From NCBI RefSeq assembly GCF_000002075.1, contig NW_004797854.1, positions 4,704 through 68,703 of the forward strand: DNA of 64,000 nt. Reading direction: 5' to 3'. Position numbers and translations under genes: made by a program. The notes beneath the pieces were generated by a model. That model saw nothing but the letters and a program-made list of their open reading frames with translations. It ran no database searches and was not told where the DNA came from. The stretch comes from Aplysia californica. Its lineage: Eukaryota. Positions 63,256-64,000 of this stretch are shown piece after piece (the stretch's first letter is position 1; each line of letters starts with the position of its first letter).

Positions 63256-64000
63256 CTGTGGAGTTAGCAAAGTGGACAGAAAAAAGCTCCCCGAAACATT
63301 TCTCTTAATACACATGTTTTACATTCCCATTATCACAATTAAGACCATTTAAAAGTTGGACCTACACCCTGCCTGGGCTGAAAGGGATCCAATGCCCCAG
63401 CAGAAAGACCGAGAAGCTCAATAAAAATTCTCCCAACATGGGAATCTAACTCAGGTCTTCTCCATGCCATGACAAAGTGTCACAAAGCACCCAACCTTTA
63501 CACCACAGAGGCCAGTCCACACACCTCAAACAGTCCAGGTTCCACATCACTTCAATGGGGACTTGCAACAACATCATAAGTTATAGACTTCAACATCTAG
63601 CATGATCTAACTGAGCTGTCGCGTCGCCGCGACCCAGCGAGTTTTTCAATCAGTAACCACAGACACCAACTGTATAGATTACTATAAATACTGTAGAACT
63701 GGAGTTTACTGAAGGCTGGTTATATTTCAACATGATTATACTTTATTTGAAGGTGAAAACCCGAAGGATATTATTATGGGACAAAATGAATAAAGTGCCC
63801 AGTAGCAGGAAATCTATGCTTATCACAGTGAAAAATAATCCAACACCCCACTTGGATTTAACCCTCGGTGGGGCCAATATCCAGCCATGGGGATCAAAGT
63901 TTGAAAAACAAGAGTTCCAGACTAAGAATTACAAATTACAAAACACTGAGCAAGAACTGGATGATTTATCATTTATATATTTTATAATATAATCATTTTA

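Overview
Eukaryotic, AT-rich, intron-rich scaffold with several N gaps. A gastropod mollusc is the most likely source, inferred from gene and transposon content only. Three spliced genes can be rebuilt exon by exon with canonical GT-AG sites and consistent phases. (1) + strand, 3.2-12.2 kb: a Morgue-type gene encoding a CxxC..CxxC zinc-finger motif, an F-box and a ubiquitin E2 domain whose active-site Cys is Gly. (2) - strand, 17.6-39.1 kb: Integrator subunit INTS8, about 1012 aa, convergent with gene 1. (3) + strand, 47.3-61.8 kb: an 8-exon gene invisible in the ORF track, encoding a predicted 388-aa secreted protein made of a signal peptide, two beta-defensin/clip-like Cys modules, a Thr/Pro linker and a trypsin-fold domain with Ser195->Asp and an occluded S1 pocket. 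This defensin-module pseudoprotease is the best candidate for an undescribed system. A probable last exon of a fourth gene enters at the right edge. Introns and intergenic DNA hold Tc1, Sola1, piggyBac, RTE and I-clade LINE remnants, a Nin/Deu-type tRNA SINE and several nested MITE families with readable TSDs. An inverted copy of the putative INTS8 first exon lies beyond a dead piggyBac.
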